A stretch of 32,000 bases of DNA from Bordetella petrii (GCF_000067205.1 NC_010170.1:534870-566869), one strand, 5' to 3'; shown: positions 1 to 12,538, counted from the first letter of the stretch. A program made the numbers and translations. Notes: a model not told the origin generated them from the sequence alone.

Positions 1-494
1 CGCTTGGTGATGATGTTGATCACGCCGCCGGTGGTGCCGCCGCCGTATTGCACCGAGCCGCTGCCGCGCACGATCTCGATGCGCTCGATGCGGTCCAGCG
101 GCACCGTGCCCAGCGAGGGCGCCGACAGGTCATTGTTGTTCTGGGGAATGCCGTCGATCAGGATCAGCGTGTTGCTGGGGCCGGTCAGCCCGAAACCGCG
201 CAGATCGACGGCCGCCTGTTCGGCGGCGCCGGTGCTGTTGATGACATGCACGCCGGACTGCGTGGACAGCAGCTCTTGCACGGTTTGCGCGCTGCTGGTG
301 CGGATCTGCTCTGCCGTCAGCACCGAAACCTGCACCGGCTGGTCGCGGGCCTCGATGGGCACGCGCGAGGCGGTGACGGTAATGGCGTCGAGTTGGGGAA
401 TGGCGTTGCCAGGGGAGTTTTGCTGGGCGGCGGCCAGTGCGGGCACGGCGCAGGCCAGCATGCCGGCTGTGCGCCGGAACAAGCGGGATTTCAT
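1..494 (-). CDS. TonB-dependent outer-membrane receptor: signal peptide plus plug domain. Only the 5' part is present; the gene runs off the left edge. Probably a BtuB-like corrinoid receptor, given its riboswitch leader.
   Basis: My own reverse-strand translation from the ATG (complement of 492-494) gives MKSRLFRRTAGMLACAVPALAAAQQ..LDAITVTASRVPIEARDQPVQVSVLTAEQIRTSSAQTVQELL..VDLRGFG..LILIDGIPQNN..IERIEIVRGSGSVQYGGGTTGGVINIITK. This shows a signal peptide, a TonB-box-like DAITVTA and classic plug motifs. It is missing from the ORF track because it is open at the window edge. Confidence 0.85.
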   Translation of the reverse strand, partial: MKSRLFRRTAGMLACAVPALAAAQQNSPGNAIPQLDAITVTASRVPIEARDQPVQVSVLTAEQIRTSSAQTVQELLSTQSGVHVINSTGAAEQAAVDLRGFGLTGPSNTLILIDGIPQNNNDLSAPSLGTVPLDRIERIEIVRGSGSVQYGGGTTGGVINIITK

Positions 495-559
495 CGGACG
501 GACCTCGGTGTGACGCGCGACCCCGCACGTCGTTCTCGGTATGAGGCCGCGCTGGGCGC

Positions 560-735
560 GTCCCCGGTGGGCGAACCGGCCGGTATCGGGCTGCCATGCG
601 GCGCGAGGCGCGGCATGGGGACCGTTGCGGGGGCAGCACAGGCTGGGCGTGGGACGCCTTCCTGTTTCCCGTTTAACTTCGGCGCGCAGGGCGCGCCGAA
701 GCACCGGTTCGGGGGCGAACTGTATCACCCGCGGG
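560..735 (-). promoter_or_regulatory. Cobalamin (B12) riboswitch in the 5' leader of the TonB-dependent receptor gene
   Basis: The reverse strand reads GGTGCTTCGGCGCGCCCTGCGCGCCGAAGTTAAACGGGAAACAGG..CCTGTGCTGCCCCCGCAACGGT..CAGCCCGATACCGGCC. It contains an 11-bp hairpin, then AAACGGGAA. The core GCTGCCCCCGCAAC(G)GT lies at complement of 621-637. A B12-box-like AGCCCGATACCGGCC lies at complement of 578-592. All sit 85-240 nt upstream of the receptor ATG. Boundaries are approximate. Confidence 0.75.
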
Positions 736-816
736 CGGGCCGCGACCCATTTTGTTACCATCAAGCGTTGGTTTTCGGGCGTTTTTTGCCTTTTTGCCAC
801 ATTACCGAGACTTCCC

Positions 817-4590
<3,774 letters not shown>

Positions 4591-4595
4591 GGGCG

Positions 4596-4618
4596 CCGCT
4601 GGCCGCGCGGGCCAGCGG
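4596..4618 (+). terminator. Putative intrinsic terminator after metH
   Basis: CCGCTGGCC-gcgcg-GGCCAGCGG: a 9-bp GC stem with a 5-nt loop, 6 nt after the metH stop, followed by GTTTG. A second hairpin, GCCGCCGC-N9-GCGGCGGC at 4628-4652, lies next to the convergent methyltransferase stop. Confidence 0.5.
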
Positions 4619-4660
4619 GTTTGCGCGGCCGCCGCTGCCGCAATGCGGCGGCGCGCCCGG

Positions 4661-5431
4661 TCAGCCGCGCTGCGCCACCAGCGTGGCGGTGTCGCTGCTG
4701 AACGAGCCGTCCGGCGCGATGGCATAGTGCCGGTGCACCGGCGCGGGCGCGTCGGCCAGCATGTGGCGCAGCGCCTGCACCAGCGGAGCCTGCGTGCGCA
4801 TGCGCTCGACCCACGAATCGAATTCCAGCGTGATGCGGCGCGGCGTGCAGCTGCGCAGCGCGAAGCCCGCTTCGGCCAGCAGCCGCAGCCATTCGGACAC
4901 CGAATAATTGCGCACGTGCGAGTTGTCGCGCAGCACTTCCAGCATTTGCAGCCAGGTGTCGAGCAGCGGCTCGCCAGGCGACACGACGTCGGCGAAGGCG
5001 GCGATGCCTCCCGGCTTGAGCACGCGCCGCGCTTCACGCAACGCCTGGCCCGCGTCTTGCCAATGGTGAGTGGAATAGCGGCACAGCACCAGGTCGAATT
5101 CACCATCGGCGAACGGCAGGCGCTCGGCCTTGCCCTGGCGGGTAGACAGGTTGTCCAGCCCGCGCCGCGCGGCTTGCTCGGCCACTACGTCCAGCATCGA
5201 TTGGGACAGGTCGTAGGCAACCACCCGGGCCGCGCAGGGCGCGACGTGGAAGCTGACGTGGCCGCCGCCACAGCCCAGGTCCAGCACACGCGTGCCCGGA
5301 TGCTCGCGCGCCAACTCCGCCAGCTGGTCGAGGTCGGCGCCTTGCGCATGGACGGCGCTGGTCAGGTAGGCGGCTGCGCGTGGGCCGAACTGGCGGTCGA
5401 CGGCCTGGTCATGGGAAACGGGAGCAGTCAT
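4661..5431 (-). CDS. Class I SAM-dependent methyltransferase (Methyltransf_11/UbiE-like), substrate unknown
   Basis: ORF 4661..5524. It has the SAM-binding motif VLDLGCGGGHVSF and an acidic loop VVAYDLS. The start is chosen at M32 (MTAPVSHDQ..), preceded by AGGAAAACC. That gives 256 aa. Confidence 0.85.
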   Translation of the reverse strand: MTAPVSHDQAVDRQFGPRAAAYLTSAVHAQGADLDQLAELAREHPGTRVLDLGCGGGHVSFHVAPCAARVVAYDLSQSMLDVVAEQAARRGLDNLSTRQGKAERLPFADGEFDLVLCRYSTHHWQDAGQALREARRVLKPGGIAAFADVVSPGEPLLDTWLQMLEVLRDNSHVRNYSVSEWLRLLAEAGFALRSCTPRRITLEFDSWVERMRTQAPLVQALRHMLADAPAPVHRHYAIAPDGSFSSDTATLVAQRG

Positions 5432-5537
5432 GGTTTTCCTGTCGATGGGTGGGATGGCCGCAATGGGCGGGTGCACAGCGTGCGGAGGTAAGATAGACAT
5501 ACCGTCATACGCGTACAAGACCACTGCTTATCCTGGT

Positions 5538-6359
5538 ATGAATGCCTCTACCCAAGCCGGCGCCCCGGGCACCCATGAAAGCTCCACGCGCCGCCGCCAC
5601 GCGCTGGGCGAATTCGTGCGCGCGGCGCGGGCGCGCATCACCCCGCAAATGGCCGGCTTGCCCGAAGGCACGCGGCGCCGCACGCCAGGTCTGCGGCGCG
5701 AGGAAGTGGCGCAGCTGTGCGGCATCAGTGTCACCTGGTACACATGGATAGAGCAGGGCCGCGAAGTGTCGGTGTCGCCCGCTGTGTGGGCGCGCATCGC
5801 AGGGGTGCTGCAGCTGGCGCGCGCCGAGCGCGCGTATTTGTTCGAGCTGGCCGAATGCGCCGACCCGCAACACCCGCGCGATGACGCCAGCGAAGCGCCA
5901 GGCCTGCTGCGCGAATGCGTGGACGCTGTGAATGCGCCTGCTTATGTGCTGGATCGCGCCTGGAACGTGCTGGTGCACAACGGACCCATGCGCGATCTGT
6001 TCGATGATTGGCCGGTGCGCGACCCGCGCCCCAACTTGCTGCGCTACATTTTCCTGGACCCGGCCGCGCGCCAACTGGTGGTGGACTGGGATCAGCGCGC
6101 CCGGCGGGTGGTGGCGGAATTCCGCGCCGACGCAGGGGCGCATCTGGACGAACCCGATGTGCTGGCGCTGCTGGACGAGCTGAACCGCGACAGCGAGGTG
6201 TTTGCCCACTGGTGGACCCGCCATGCGGTGGTGGAGCGCGAAGGCGGCCTGAGGGAGTTTCAGCATCCACGCCGTGGCCGGCTGGCGTACCGGCAGACCA
6301 CTTTTCGATTGGCCACACACCCCGACTTGAAGCTGGTGATGCTGCTCGAAGGCGCGTAG
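5538..6359 (+). CDS. XRE-family helix-turn-helix transcriptional regulator with an MmyB-like C-terminal ligand-binding domain
   Basis: ORF 5430..6359. LGEFVRAARARITPQMAGLPEGTRRRTPGLRREEVAQLCGISVTWYTWIEQGRE is the characteristic MmyB-type HTH. The start is chosen at the ATG at 5538 (MNASTQ..). It is divergent from the methyltransferase. Confidence 0.85.
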   Translation: MNASTQAGAPGTHESSTRRRHALGEFVRAARARITPQMAGLPEGTRRRTPGLRREEVAQLCGISVTWYTWIEQGREVSVSPAVWARIAGVLQLARAERAYLFELAECADPQHPRDDASEAPGLLRECVDAVNAPAYVLDRAWNVLVHNGPMRDLFDDWPVRDPRPNLLRYIFLDPAARQLVVDWDQRARRVVAEFRADAGAHLDEPDVLALLDELNRDSEVFAHWWTRHAVVEREGGLREFQHPRRGRLAYRQTTFRLATHPDLKLVMLLEGA

Positions 6360-6399
6360 GCGACGCCCAGGGCTTGTGCCGAGCAAGCATGGTGAATGC

Positions 6400-6651
6400 C
6401 TACATCTGGATGCGGGTGATGACGTAGACGGCGCTGGTCAGCAGGGTGCAGACGCCGGTTGTCCAGGCGATGATCTTCCAGGTGAGCTTGCTGATTTCGT
6501 GGTGCAGAAGGCTGATTTCGTGGTGCAGGTCGGCCTTGGTGGTGTAGTTGGGCGGCACTACGGCGAGGTCCTGGCGGATGAGCGAGACGTTGTGTTCCAG
6601 GATTTCGACCCGGTTGCCCATGGGGCAGGCCTTTTTGCGTAATGGTTTCAT
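6400..6651 (-). CDS. Small coiled-coil protein with a C-terminal transmembrane anchor (DUF1640-like architecture)
   Basis: This is the C-terminal 83 codons of track ORF 6400..8238: MKPLRKKACPMGNRVEILEHNVSLIRQDLAVVPPNYTTKADLHHEISLLHHEISKLTWKIIAWTTGVCTLLTSAVYVITRIQM. Third-codon-position GC is high and there is a hydrophobic tail. An alternative start is M11 at 6621, preceded by AAAAAGG. The family assignment is from memory of the 'ATKADL + coiled coil + TM' pattern. Confidence 0.55.
   Translation of the reverse strand: MKPLRKKACPMGNRVEILEHNVSLIRQDLAVVPPNYTTKADLHHEISLLHHEISKLTWKIIAWTTGVCTLLTSAVYVITRIQM
6490..6531. repeat. In-frame 21-nt tandem duplication inside the small ORF
   Basis: gctgatttcgtggtgcagaag / gctgatttcgtggtgcaggtc. 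The first 18 nt are identical. It encodes LHHEIS(L)-LHHEIS(K), which is exactly one heptad. Confidence 0.9.
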
Positions 6652-6755
6652 GGCAGTGCGCTGCGGGTTTCTATGTGCCGCAGCATAGTCGTGCCTTGGT
6701 GGCCGGTCTATGCGTACTTCCCGAAGTCGGACGGGTCGTATGACCGCGCGCAATT

Positions 6756-7814
6756 TCAGTCGGGCAGTCCGGCCGCCAGCAACCCGTCGAGCAGTTTGCG
6801 TATGGGCGCGGGCAGGGCCATGCCCGGCAGTTCGGCGGGGCCGGCCCAGCGCTGCGGCAGGCTCGGCTCCGCCAGGGCAGCGCCCGGTTTCACCGGCAGA
6901 TACCACGGCTTGACGTGCAGCCGGTAGTGCGTGAACGTATGCGCGAACGCGGCCAATTCGTAGCGTTGCAAGGGTTCCAGGCCCAGTTGGCGCGAAGCCA
7001 GCGTGGGATCGCCGCCTGCCTCGAATTCGGGCAGGCTCCACAGCCCGCCCCAGATGCCCGGCGCCGGCCGCTGCTGCAACAGAATGGCGCCGTCGCGTTG
7101 CAGCACCAGCATGCCGGTCTGGCGCTCGGGAATGGCTTTGCGCGCCTTGGGCGTGGGCAGTTCGGCCTGGCGTGCGTCGCGGCGCGCGATACAGGTGGCG
7201 GCCACCGGGCACCGGTCGCAGGCGGGCTTGCCGCGCGTGCACAGGGTGGCGCCCAGATCCATCAGGCCTTGCGTGTAGGCGGCCATGTCCAGCGCGGGGG
7301 CGTTGGCGACCTGGGCTTCGGCCAGGGCCCACAGGCGTTGCTCGACCTCGCGCCGCGCCGGGTCGCCTTCGATGCCGAAATGGCGGGTGAACACACGCTT
7401 GACGTTGCCATCCATAATGGGGGCGCGCTCGCCGTAGGCGAAGGCCGCGATGGCGGCGGCGGTTGAGCGGCCGATGCCGGGCAGGGTGGCGATCTGTTCC
7501 GCGGCGGCGGGAAACCGTCCGCCCCATTCGCTCATGACGGCCTGCGCGCAACGGTGCAGGTTGCGGGCGCGCGCGTAGTAGCCCAGGCCGGCCCAGTAGG
7601 GCATGACTTCTTCTTGCTGCGCGGCCGCCAGCGCGCTTACGTCGGGAAAGCGTTCCAGGAAGCGCTGGTAGTACGGGATGACGGTGGCGACCTGGGTCTG
7701 CTGCAGCATGATCTCGGACAGCCAGATCCGGTAGGGGTCTTGCGTGCGTTGCCAGGGCAGGTCGTGGCGGCCGTGGCTGGCTTGCCAGGCGACGATGCGG
7801 GGGGCGAAATCCAT
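6756..7814 (-). CDS. mutY: A/G-specific adenine DNA glycosylase
   Basis: ORF 6756..7814. It contains DLPWQRTQDPYRIWLSEIMLQQTQVATVIPYYQRFLERFP, the HhH-GPD region, the 4Fe-4S ligand motif CTRGKPACDRCPVAATC and a C-terminal NUDIX-like domain. Confidence 0.95.
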   Translation of the reverse strand: MDFAPRIVAWQASHGRHDLPWQRTQDPYRIWLSEIMLQQTQVATVIPYYQRFLERFPDVSALAAAQQEEVMPYWAGLGYYARARNLHRCAQAVMSEWGGRFPAAAEQIATLPGIGRSTAAAIAAFAYGERAPIMDGNVKRVFTRHFGIEGDPARREVEQRLWALAEAQVANAPALDMAAYTQGLMDLGATLCTRGKPACDRCPVAATCIARRDARQAELPTPKARKAIPERQTGMLVLQRDGAILLQQRPAPGIWGGLWSLPEFEAGGDPTLASRQLGLEPLQRYELAAFAHTFTHYRLHVKPWYLPVKPGAALAEPSLPQRWAGPAELPGMALPAPIRKLLDGLLAAGLPD

Positions 7815-7870
7815 AATCGGGGATTATCGCATTGGCGTTTGGGTTGTATTGGTTTCTGAGTTCTTTAGCC

Positions 7871-7934
7871 GCCTGGGCGTGGCGGGCGTGGGGCCGGACT
7901 AAGCCCGACGCACGGGCGCTCCACGCCTGCCCAG
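7871..7934. repeat. Imperfect palindromic intergenic repeat, related to the 31448-31578 element
   Basis: CTGGGC-GTGG-CGGGCGTG ..loop.. CACGGGCGCTCCACGCCTGCCCAG. It shares the 13-mer AGCCCGACGCACG (7902-7914 versus 31533-31545). The downstream GCGC..C(C)CTGCCCA is also shared with the right arm of the other element. Confidence 0.5.
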
Positions 7935-8133
7935 ATGAGGCGGGACGGTGAAAGATAGGGAACCGCGAGAAGCCGCTAGAAAACAGACGGAACAACCCCA
8001 GCTTGCATCCGCCCCGGACCCCGGGTACAACCTGATAAGAACAAACGGCACCTGTGCCCGATCCCACCCGCCGCGGTTTCACAAGAACCGGCAGGCGCAG
8101 CCGGCCCGGGCATCCAAGACCCTCGGAGTAGAC

Positions 8134-11100
8134 ATGAATGCCCCTCTCACGTCCGCGCAGCGCGCGGCGCTTGCCTCCGTCCAGCTGGACGACAAATACA
8201 CCCTGGAAACCGGCCGCGCCTGGATGAGCGGCATCCATGCCTTGGTGCGTTTGCCCATGATGCAGCGCGTGCGCGACCAGCGCGCCGGGCTCAATACCGC
8301 CGGGTTCATTTCAGGGTACCGCGGCTCGCCCCTGGGCGGCGTGGACACCAATATGTGGAAAGCCGCCAAGTACCTGAAGGCGCACCACATCGAGTTCCAG
8401 CCCGGCATCAACGAAGACCTGGCGGCGACCGCGGTGTGGGGATCCCAGCAAGTCAATCTGTTTCCCGGCGCGCGCTACGACGGCGTGTTCGGCATGTGGT
8501 ACGGCAAGGGCCCCGGCGTAGACCGCTGCGGCGACGTATTCAAGCATGCCAACGCGGCCGGCACCTCGCCCCACGGCGGCGTGCTGGTGGTGGCGGGCGA
8601 CGACCACCCGGCCAAGTCGTCCACGCTGCCGCACCAGAGCGACCACATATTGAAAGCCTGCATGATCCCCGCGCTGTTCCCGTCCAGCGTGCAGGAAGTG
8701 CTCGACTACGGATTGCATGGCTGGGCCATGAGCCGCTATGCCGGCGTGTGGGTGGGCATGAAGTGCATCACCGACATCGTCGAGGTCTCGGCCTCGGTCG
8801 ACGTCGACCCCAACCGCGTGTCCATCATTTTGCCCGACGACTTCCAGATGCCGCCGGACGGCTTGAACATCCGCCTGCCTGACACTCCGCTGGCGCAGGA
8901 AGCCCGGCTGCTCGACTACAAACTGTATGCCGCGCTGGCCTACGCGCGCGCCAACAAGCTTAATCGCGAGCTGTGGCACGTGCCGCAAAGCCAGGCCCGC
9001 TTCGGCATCATGACATCCGGCAAAGCCTACCTCGATACCCGGCAGGCCCTGGCCGACCTGGGGCTTACCGAAGACATCTGCCGCCGCATCGGCCTGCGCC
9101 TGTTCAAGGTGGGCATGGTGTGGCCGCTGGAAGCCACCGGCGTACAGCAGTTCGCCGAAGGGCTCGACGAGATCCTGGTGGTCGAGGAAAAGCGCCAGGT
9201 GCTGGAATACCAACTGAAAGAAGAGCTGTTCAGCTGGATCGGCACCGGCAAGAAGATTCCGCGCGTGGTGGGCAAGTTTGACGACAAAGACGGCGGCGAA
9301 TGGTCCGTGCCGCAGGGCAATTGGCTGCTGCCCGCGCACTACGAATTTTCGCCCGCCATGGTGGCCAAGGCGGTGGGCGCGCGCCTGCTGCGCTTTGCCT
9401 TGCCCGACGACGTGCGGGCCGGCATCGAGGCCCGGCTGGCGTTCATCGCCGAGCGCGAGCAGGCGCTGGCCAGGCCGCGCGTGACGGCCGAACGCAAGCC
9501 TTGGTTCTGCTCGGGCTGTCCGCACAACACCTCGACGCGGGTGCCCGAGGGCTCGCGCGGCATGGCCGGCATTGGCTGCCACTACATGGTGACCTGGATG
9601 GGCCGCAATACGCAGGCCTATACGCAGATGGGCGGCGAGGGCGTGCCCTGGCTGGGGCAGGCGCCATTTACCGATGAAAAACACGTGTTCGCCAACCTGG
9701 GCGACGGCACCTACTACCACTCGGGCCTGCTCGCCATCCGGGCGGCGGTGGCGGCCAAGGCGCCCATCACGTACAAGATCTTGTTCAACGACGCGGTCGC
9801 CATGACCGGCGGACAGCCGGTGGACGGTCCGATCGACGTGCCCATGATCACGCGCCAGATGGCGGCCGAGGGCATCGAGAAGATCGTAGTCGTGACCGAC
9901 GAACCGCAGAAATACCGGGGCGCGACCGGCCTGGCGCCCGGCGTGCCGGTGCATCACCGTGACGAGCTCGATGCGGTAATGCGCGAGCTGCGCGAGTATC
10001 CCGGCGTGTCCATCCTGGTGTACGACCAGACCTGCGCCACTGAAAAGCGCCGGCGCCGCAAGCGCAACGCATACCCTGATCCGGCGCGCCGCGTGGTCAT
10101 CAACGAGCGGGTCTGCGAAGGCTGCGGCGATTGCTCCGAACAATCGCATTGCCTGTCTGTCGAGCCGCTGGAAACCGAGTTCGGCCGCAAGCGCACCATC
10201 AACCAGTCGAGCTGCAATAAAGATTATTCCTGTCTCAAGGGATTCTGCCCCAGCCTGGTAACGGTCGAGGGCGGCCGGCTGCGCAAGCCCCAGCCCCTGG
10301 CCCAGGAGGGCGCCATCGACGCGGGCCTGCCCGAGCCGGCGCCGGCATCCCTGGCGCAGCCGTACGGCGTGTTCGTTGCCGGGGTGGGCGGCACGGGCGT
10401 GGTCACCATCGGGCAATTGCTGGGCATGGCGGCGCACGTGGAAGGCAAGGGCTGTTCGGTGCTCGACATGGCCGGCCTTGCCCAGAAGGGCGGCGCGGTG
10501 TTCTCGCACGTCGTGCTGGCTCCTACCCCCGACGGCCTGCTCAACACCCGGGTCGCCATGGGCGAGGCTGACCTGGTGCTGGCGGGCGACCTCGTTGTCG
10601 CGGCCAGCCCGGAATCGGTAGCCCGCATGCGCGCTGGCCGCACCCGGCTGCTGCTCAACAGCGACGTGGCGCCCACCGCCGCGTTCGTGCACGATCCCGA
10701 CTGGCGTCTGCCCGGGGCTGACCTGCAGGCCGATTTGCGTGCCGCCTGTGGCGAGGGCGGCGTGGACATGGTCGATGCCGCCGGGTTGGCCGTGGGGCTG
10801 CTGGGCGACGCCATTTACGCCAATCCGCTCATGATGGGCTATGCCTACCAGAAAGGCTGGCTGCCGCTGGGCCAGCAGGCGCTGCTGCGCGCTATCGAAC
10901 TGAACGGCCAGCAAGTGCCCGCCAACCTGGCGGCGTTTGCATGGGGCCGGCGCGCCGCGCACGACCTGGCCGCGGTGCAACGCCTGGCCGGCTGCGCCAC
11001 CGCGCCGCGGGCCGGGGAAATTATCGAAGTCCGGCGCGGGCAATCCACGGCGGTAGTCGACATCAAGCGGCCCACTGGCGAGGTCGACGCGCTGGTGGCG

Positions 11101-11739
11101 GTGCGCAGCGAATTCTTGCAGGCCTATCAGAATGCCGGCTATGCGGACCGCTACCGCGACCTGGTGCAGCGCGTGGCGCAGGCCGAGCAGTCGGCCACCG
11201 GCACCACGCGGCTGGCGGCGGCCGTGGCGCGCTACTACTTCAAGCTGATGGCCTATAAAGACGAATACGAAGTGGCGCGGCTGTACACCGACGGTGAATT
11301 CCTGAAGCAGATCGAGGCGCAATTCGAGGGCGACTGGAAGCTGCGCCTGCACCTGGCTCCGCCGTTGCTGGCCCGCCGCGATGCCCAGGGCCATCTGGTC
11401 AAGCGCGCCTACGGCCCTGGCGTGCTGAAGGCCTTCCGGGTATTGGCGCGGCTACGCGGCCTGCGCGGCACGCCGCTGGACATCTTCGGCTATACCGCCG
11501 AGCGGCGCGCGGAGCGCGCCCTGATCGAAACCTATCGCAACGACCTGCTGGCCATCCTGCCCAAGTTGAACCGGGCCAACCTGGACCGCGCCGTGGAGCT
11601 GGCCAGCCTGCCGGAATCCATACGCGGTTATGGCCACATCAAGGAAGCAGCAATGCAGCGCGCCGCCGCCCGGCGCGCCGAGCTGATGCAAGGCTTCAGC
11701 GCCACGGTGGTGCCCATAGGCGGCGCGCGCGCCGCCTAG
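8134..11739 (+). CDS. Indolepyruvate ferredoxin oxidoreductase family protein (fused alpha/beta, 2-oxoacid:ferredoxin oxidoreductase type)
   Basis: ORF 7948..11739. The start is set at the ATG at 8134 (MNAPLTSAQRAALASVQLDDKYTLETGRAWMSGIHALVRLPM), preceded by GGAG. It has a TPP-binding region (GDGTYYHSG) and ferredoxin-like Cys clusters (CEGCGDCSEQSHC, CNKDYSCLKGFCPS). Length is 1201 aa. Confidence 0.9.
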   Translation: MNAPLTSAQRAALASVQLDDKYTLETGRAWMSGIHALVRLPMMQRVRDQRAGLNTAGFISGYRGSPLGGVDTNMWKAAKYLKAHHIEFQPGINEDLAATAVWGSQQVNLFPGARYDGVFGMWYGKGPGVDRCGDVFKHANAAGTSPHGGVLVVAGDDHPAKSSTLPHQSDHILKACMIPALFPSSVQEVLDYGLHGWAMSRYAGVWVGMKCITDIVEVSASVDVDPNRVSIILPDDFQMPPDGLNIRLPDTPLAQEARLLDYKLYAALAYARANKLNRELWHVPQSQARFGIMTSGKAYLDTRQALADLGLTEDICRRIGLRLFKVGMVWPLEATGVQQFAEGLDEILVVEEKRQVLEYQLKEELFSWIGTGKKIPRVVGKFDDKDGGEWSVPQGNWLLPAHYEFSPAMVAKAVGARLLRFALPDDVRAGIEARLAFIAEREQALARPRVTAERKPWFCSGCPHNTSTRVPEGSRGMAGIGCHYMVTWMGRNTQAYTQMGGEGVPWLGQAPFTDEKHVFANLGDGTYYHSGLLAIRAAVAAKAPITYKILFNDAVAMTGGQPVDGPIDVPMITRQMAAEGIEKIVVVTDEPQKYRGATGLAPGVPVHHRDELDAVMRELREYPGVSILVYDQTCATEKRRRRKRNAYPDPARRVVINERVCEGCGDCSEQSHCLSVEPLETEFGRKRTINQSSCNKDYSCLKGFCPSLVTVEGGRLRKPQPLAQEGAIDAGLPEPAPASLAQPYGVFVAGVGGTGVVTIGQLLGMAAHVEGKGCSVLDMAGLAQKGGAVFSHVVLAPTPDGLLNTRVAMGEADLVLAGDLVVAASPESVARMRAGRTRLLLNSDVAPTAAFVHDPDWRLPGADLQADLRAACGEGGVDMVDAAGLAVGLLGDAIYANPLMMGYAYQKGWLPLGQQALLRAIELNGQQVPANLAAFAWGRRAAHDLAAVQRLAGCATAPRAGEIIEVRRGQSTAVVDIKRPTGEVDALVAVRSEFLQAYQNAGYADRYRDLVQRVAQAEQSATGTTRLAAAVARYYFKLMAYKDEYEVARLYTDGEFLKQIEAQFEGDWKLRLHLAPPLLARRDAQGHLVKRAYGPGVLKAFRVLARLRGLRGTPLDIFGYTAERRAERALIETYRNDLLAILPKLNRANLDRAVELASLPESIRGYGHIKEAAMQRAAARRAELMQGFSATVVPIGGARAA

Positions 11740-11751
11740 GCAGGGGGCGGG

Positions 11752-12423
11752 TCAGCTGGTGGCCGTGCTGGGCCGGGTAAAGCGCTCGAAACGCGGCTTG
11801 GCCGGCGCGCTGAAGCGCTCGATCTGGGGCGGGGTGTGGGCCTTGGCGGAGGCGGTCTGGGCGGCCACCTGTTCCCGTTGGGCGATCAGGACTTCGGCCT
11901 TGTGGTGATGCGGCGCCAGCCGGCGCACCATCACCCGGCCGTCGCGCGGAAAGTAGCCGATGCGGCGCGCGTGCACATCGCCCAGGTCTTGCGCCAGCAC
12001 CGGGATGCCTTCGGTGTTCAGGTAGTTCAGCACGAAGCGGGCATTGCGTTCGCCGATGTTCATCTGCTGCATCGCGCTTAGCACCGCGCCGCCGCCGAAC
12101 ACCTTGGCCTCCAGCCGCTCGCGCGCCGCGCCCGCCTTGAGCAGCTCGTTGATCAGAACTTCCATTGCGAAGGCGCCATAGCGCATGGTGGCCGAGGAGG
12201 GCGAGTCGCCGTCGCCTTCGGGCAGCATGAAGTGGTTCATGCCGCCCACGCCGGCGCGCGGGTCGCGGATACAGGCCGCCACGCACGAACCCAGCACGGT
12301 CGAGATCATGATGTCTTCGCCGGCTGCCACATAGTATTCATTAGGCAATACCTTGACCGCCGGGCAGTGAAAGGCGCTATCAAAATAGTGACGTGTCGCG
12401 CGGGCGTCGAGGCGAGAGGGCAT
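11752..12423 (-). CDS. cheD: Chemoreceptor glutamine deamidase CheD-family protein
   Basis: ORF 11752..12423. [47 protein letters not shown] contains the CheD catalytic Cys (LGSCV) and His (NHFMLP) motifs. A C-terminal tail of about 50 aa follows. No other che genes lie in the window. Confidence 0.85.
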   Translation of the reverse strand: MPSRLDARATRHYFDSAFHCPAVKVLPNEYYVAAGEDIMISTVLGSCVAACIRDPRAGVGGMNHFMLPEGDGDSPSSATMRYGAFAMEVLINELLKAGAARERLEAKVFGGGAVLSAMQQMNIGERNARFVLNYLNTEGIPVLAQDLGDVHARRIGYFPRDGRVMVRRLAPHHHKAEVLIAQREQVAAQTASAKAHTPPQIERFSAPAKPRFERFTRPSTATS

Positions 12424-12517
12424 GGGGAGACCGCATTAGAAAAACGGCACAAGCGAGGGGAGGAGCGAAATCTGCGGAAATCTGCCGCACAAATATGTTA
12501 ACAAATTTGATTTATGT

Positions 12518-12538
12518 AAAAAATCTTTAAGATTTTTT
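12518..12538. promoter_or_regulatory. Perfect AT-only palindrome in the AT-rich region upstream of cheD; candidate operator or promoter element
   Basis: AAAAAATCTT-T-AAGATTTTTT: 10-bp arms with a 1-nt centre, 95-115 nt upstream of the cheD start. It lies in a stretch (about 12490-12545) that is far more AT-rich than the rest of the window. On the cheD strand, TTGAAA overlaps its 5' edge as a possible -35. Confidence 0.4.

Noticed and set aside
541-816. N-terminal extension of the metH ORF, starting at 541
   Set aside because: The extension is Arg/Ala/Gly-rich and unlike MetH, and it overlaps the riboswitch on the other strand. MetH homology begins near RILILDG, so the GTG at 817 was preferred.
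7948-8133. A 62-codon in-frame extension upstream of the oxidoreductase start
   Set aside because: Homologues, as I recall them, begin shortly before the (V/S)LDDKY motif. The ATG at 8134 has a GGAG ribosome-binding site. The extension has no protein-like features.
6652-8238. The remainder of the 612-aa track ORF (6400..8238) upstream of the small membrane protein
   Set aside because: It overlaps mutY in another frame and crosses the mutY promoter region. Only the last 83 codons have a plausible protein character.
8311-11394. A 1027-aa ORF antisense to the oxidoreductase gene
   Set aside because: Same reasoning: a shadow ORF with no recognisable motifs and an Ala/Arg/Gly/His-rich composition.
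12467-12486. Tandem 10-nt repeat GAAATCTGCG/GAAATCTGCC just upstream of cheD
   Set aside because: It has only two copies and could be chance or part of the 5' UTR. It is mentioned under the cheD upstream finding and not called as a feature.
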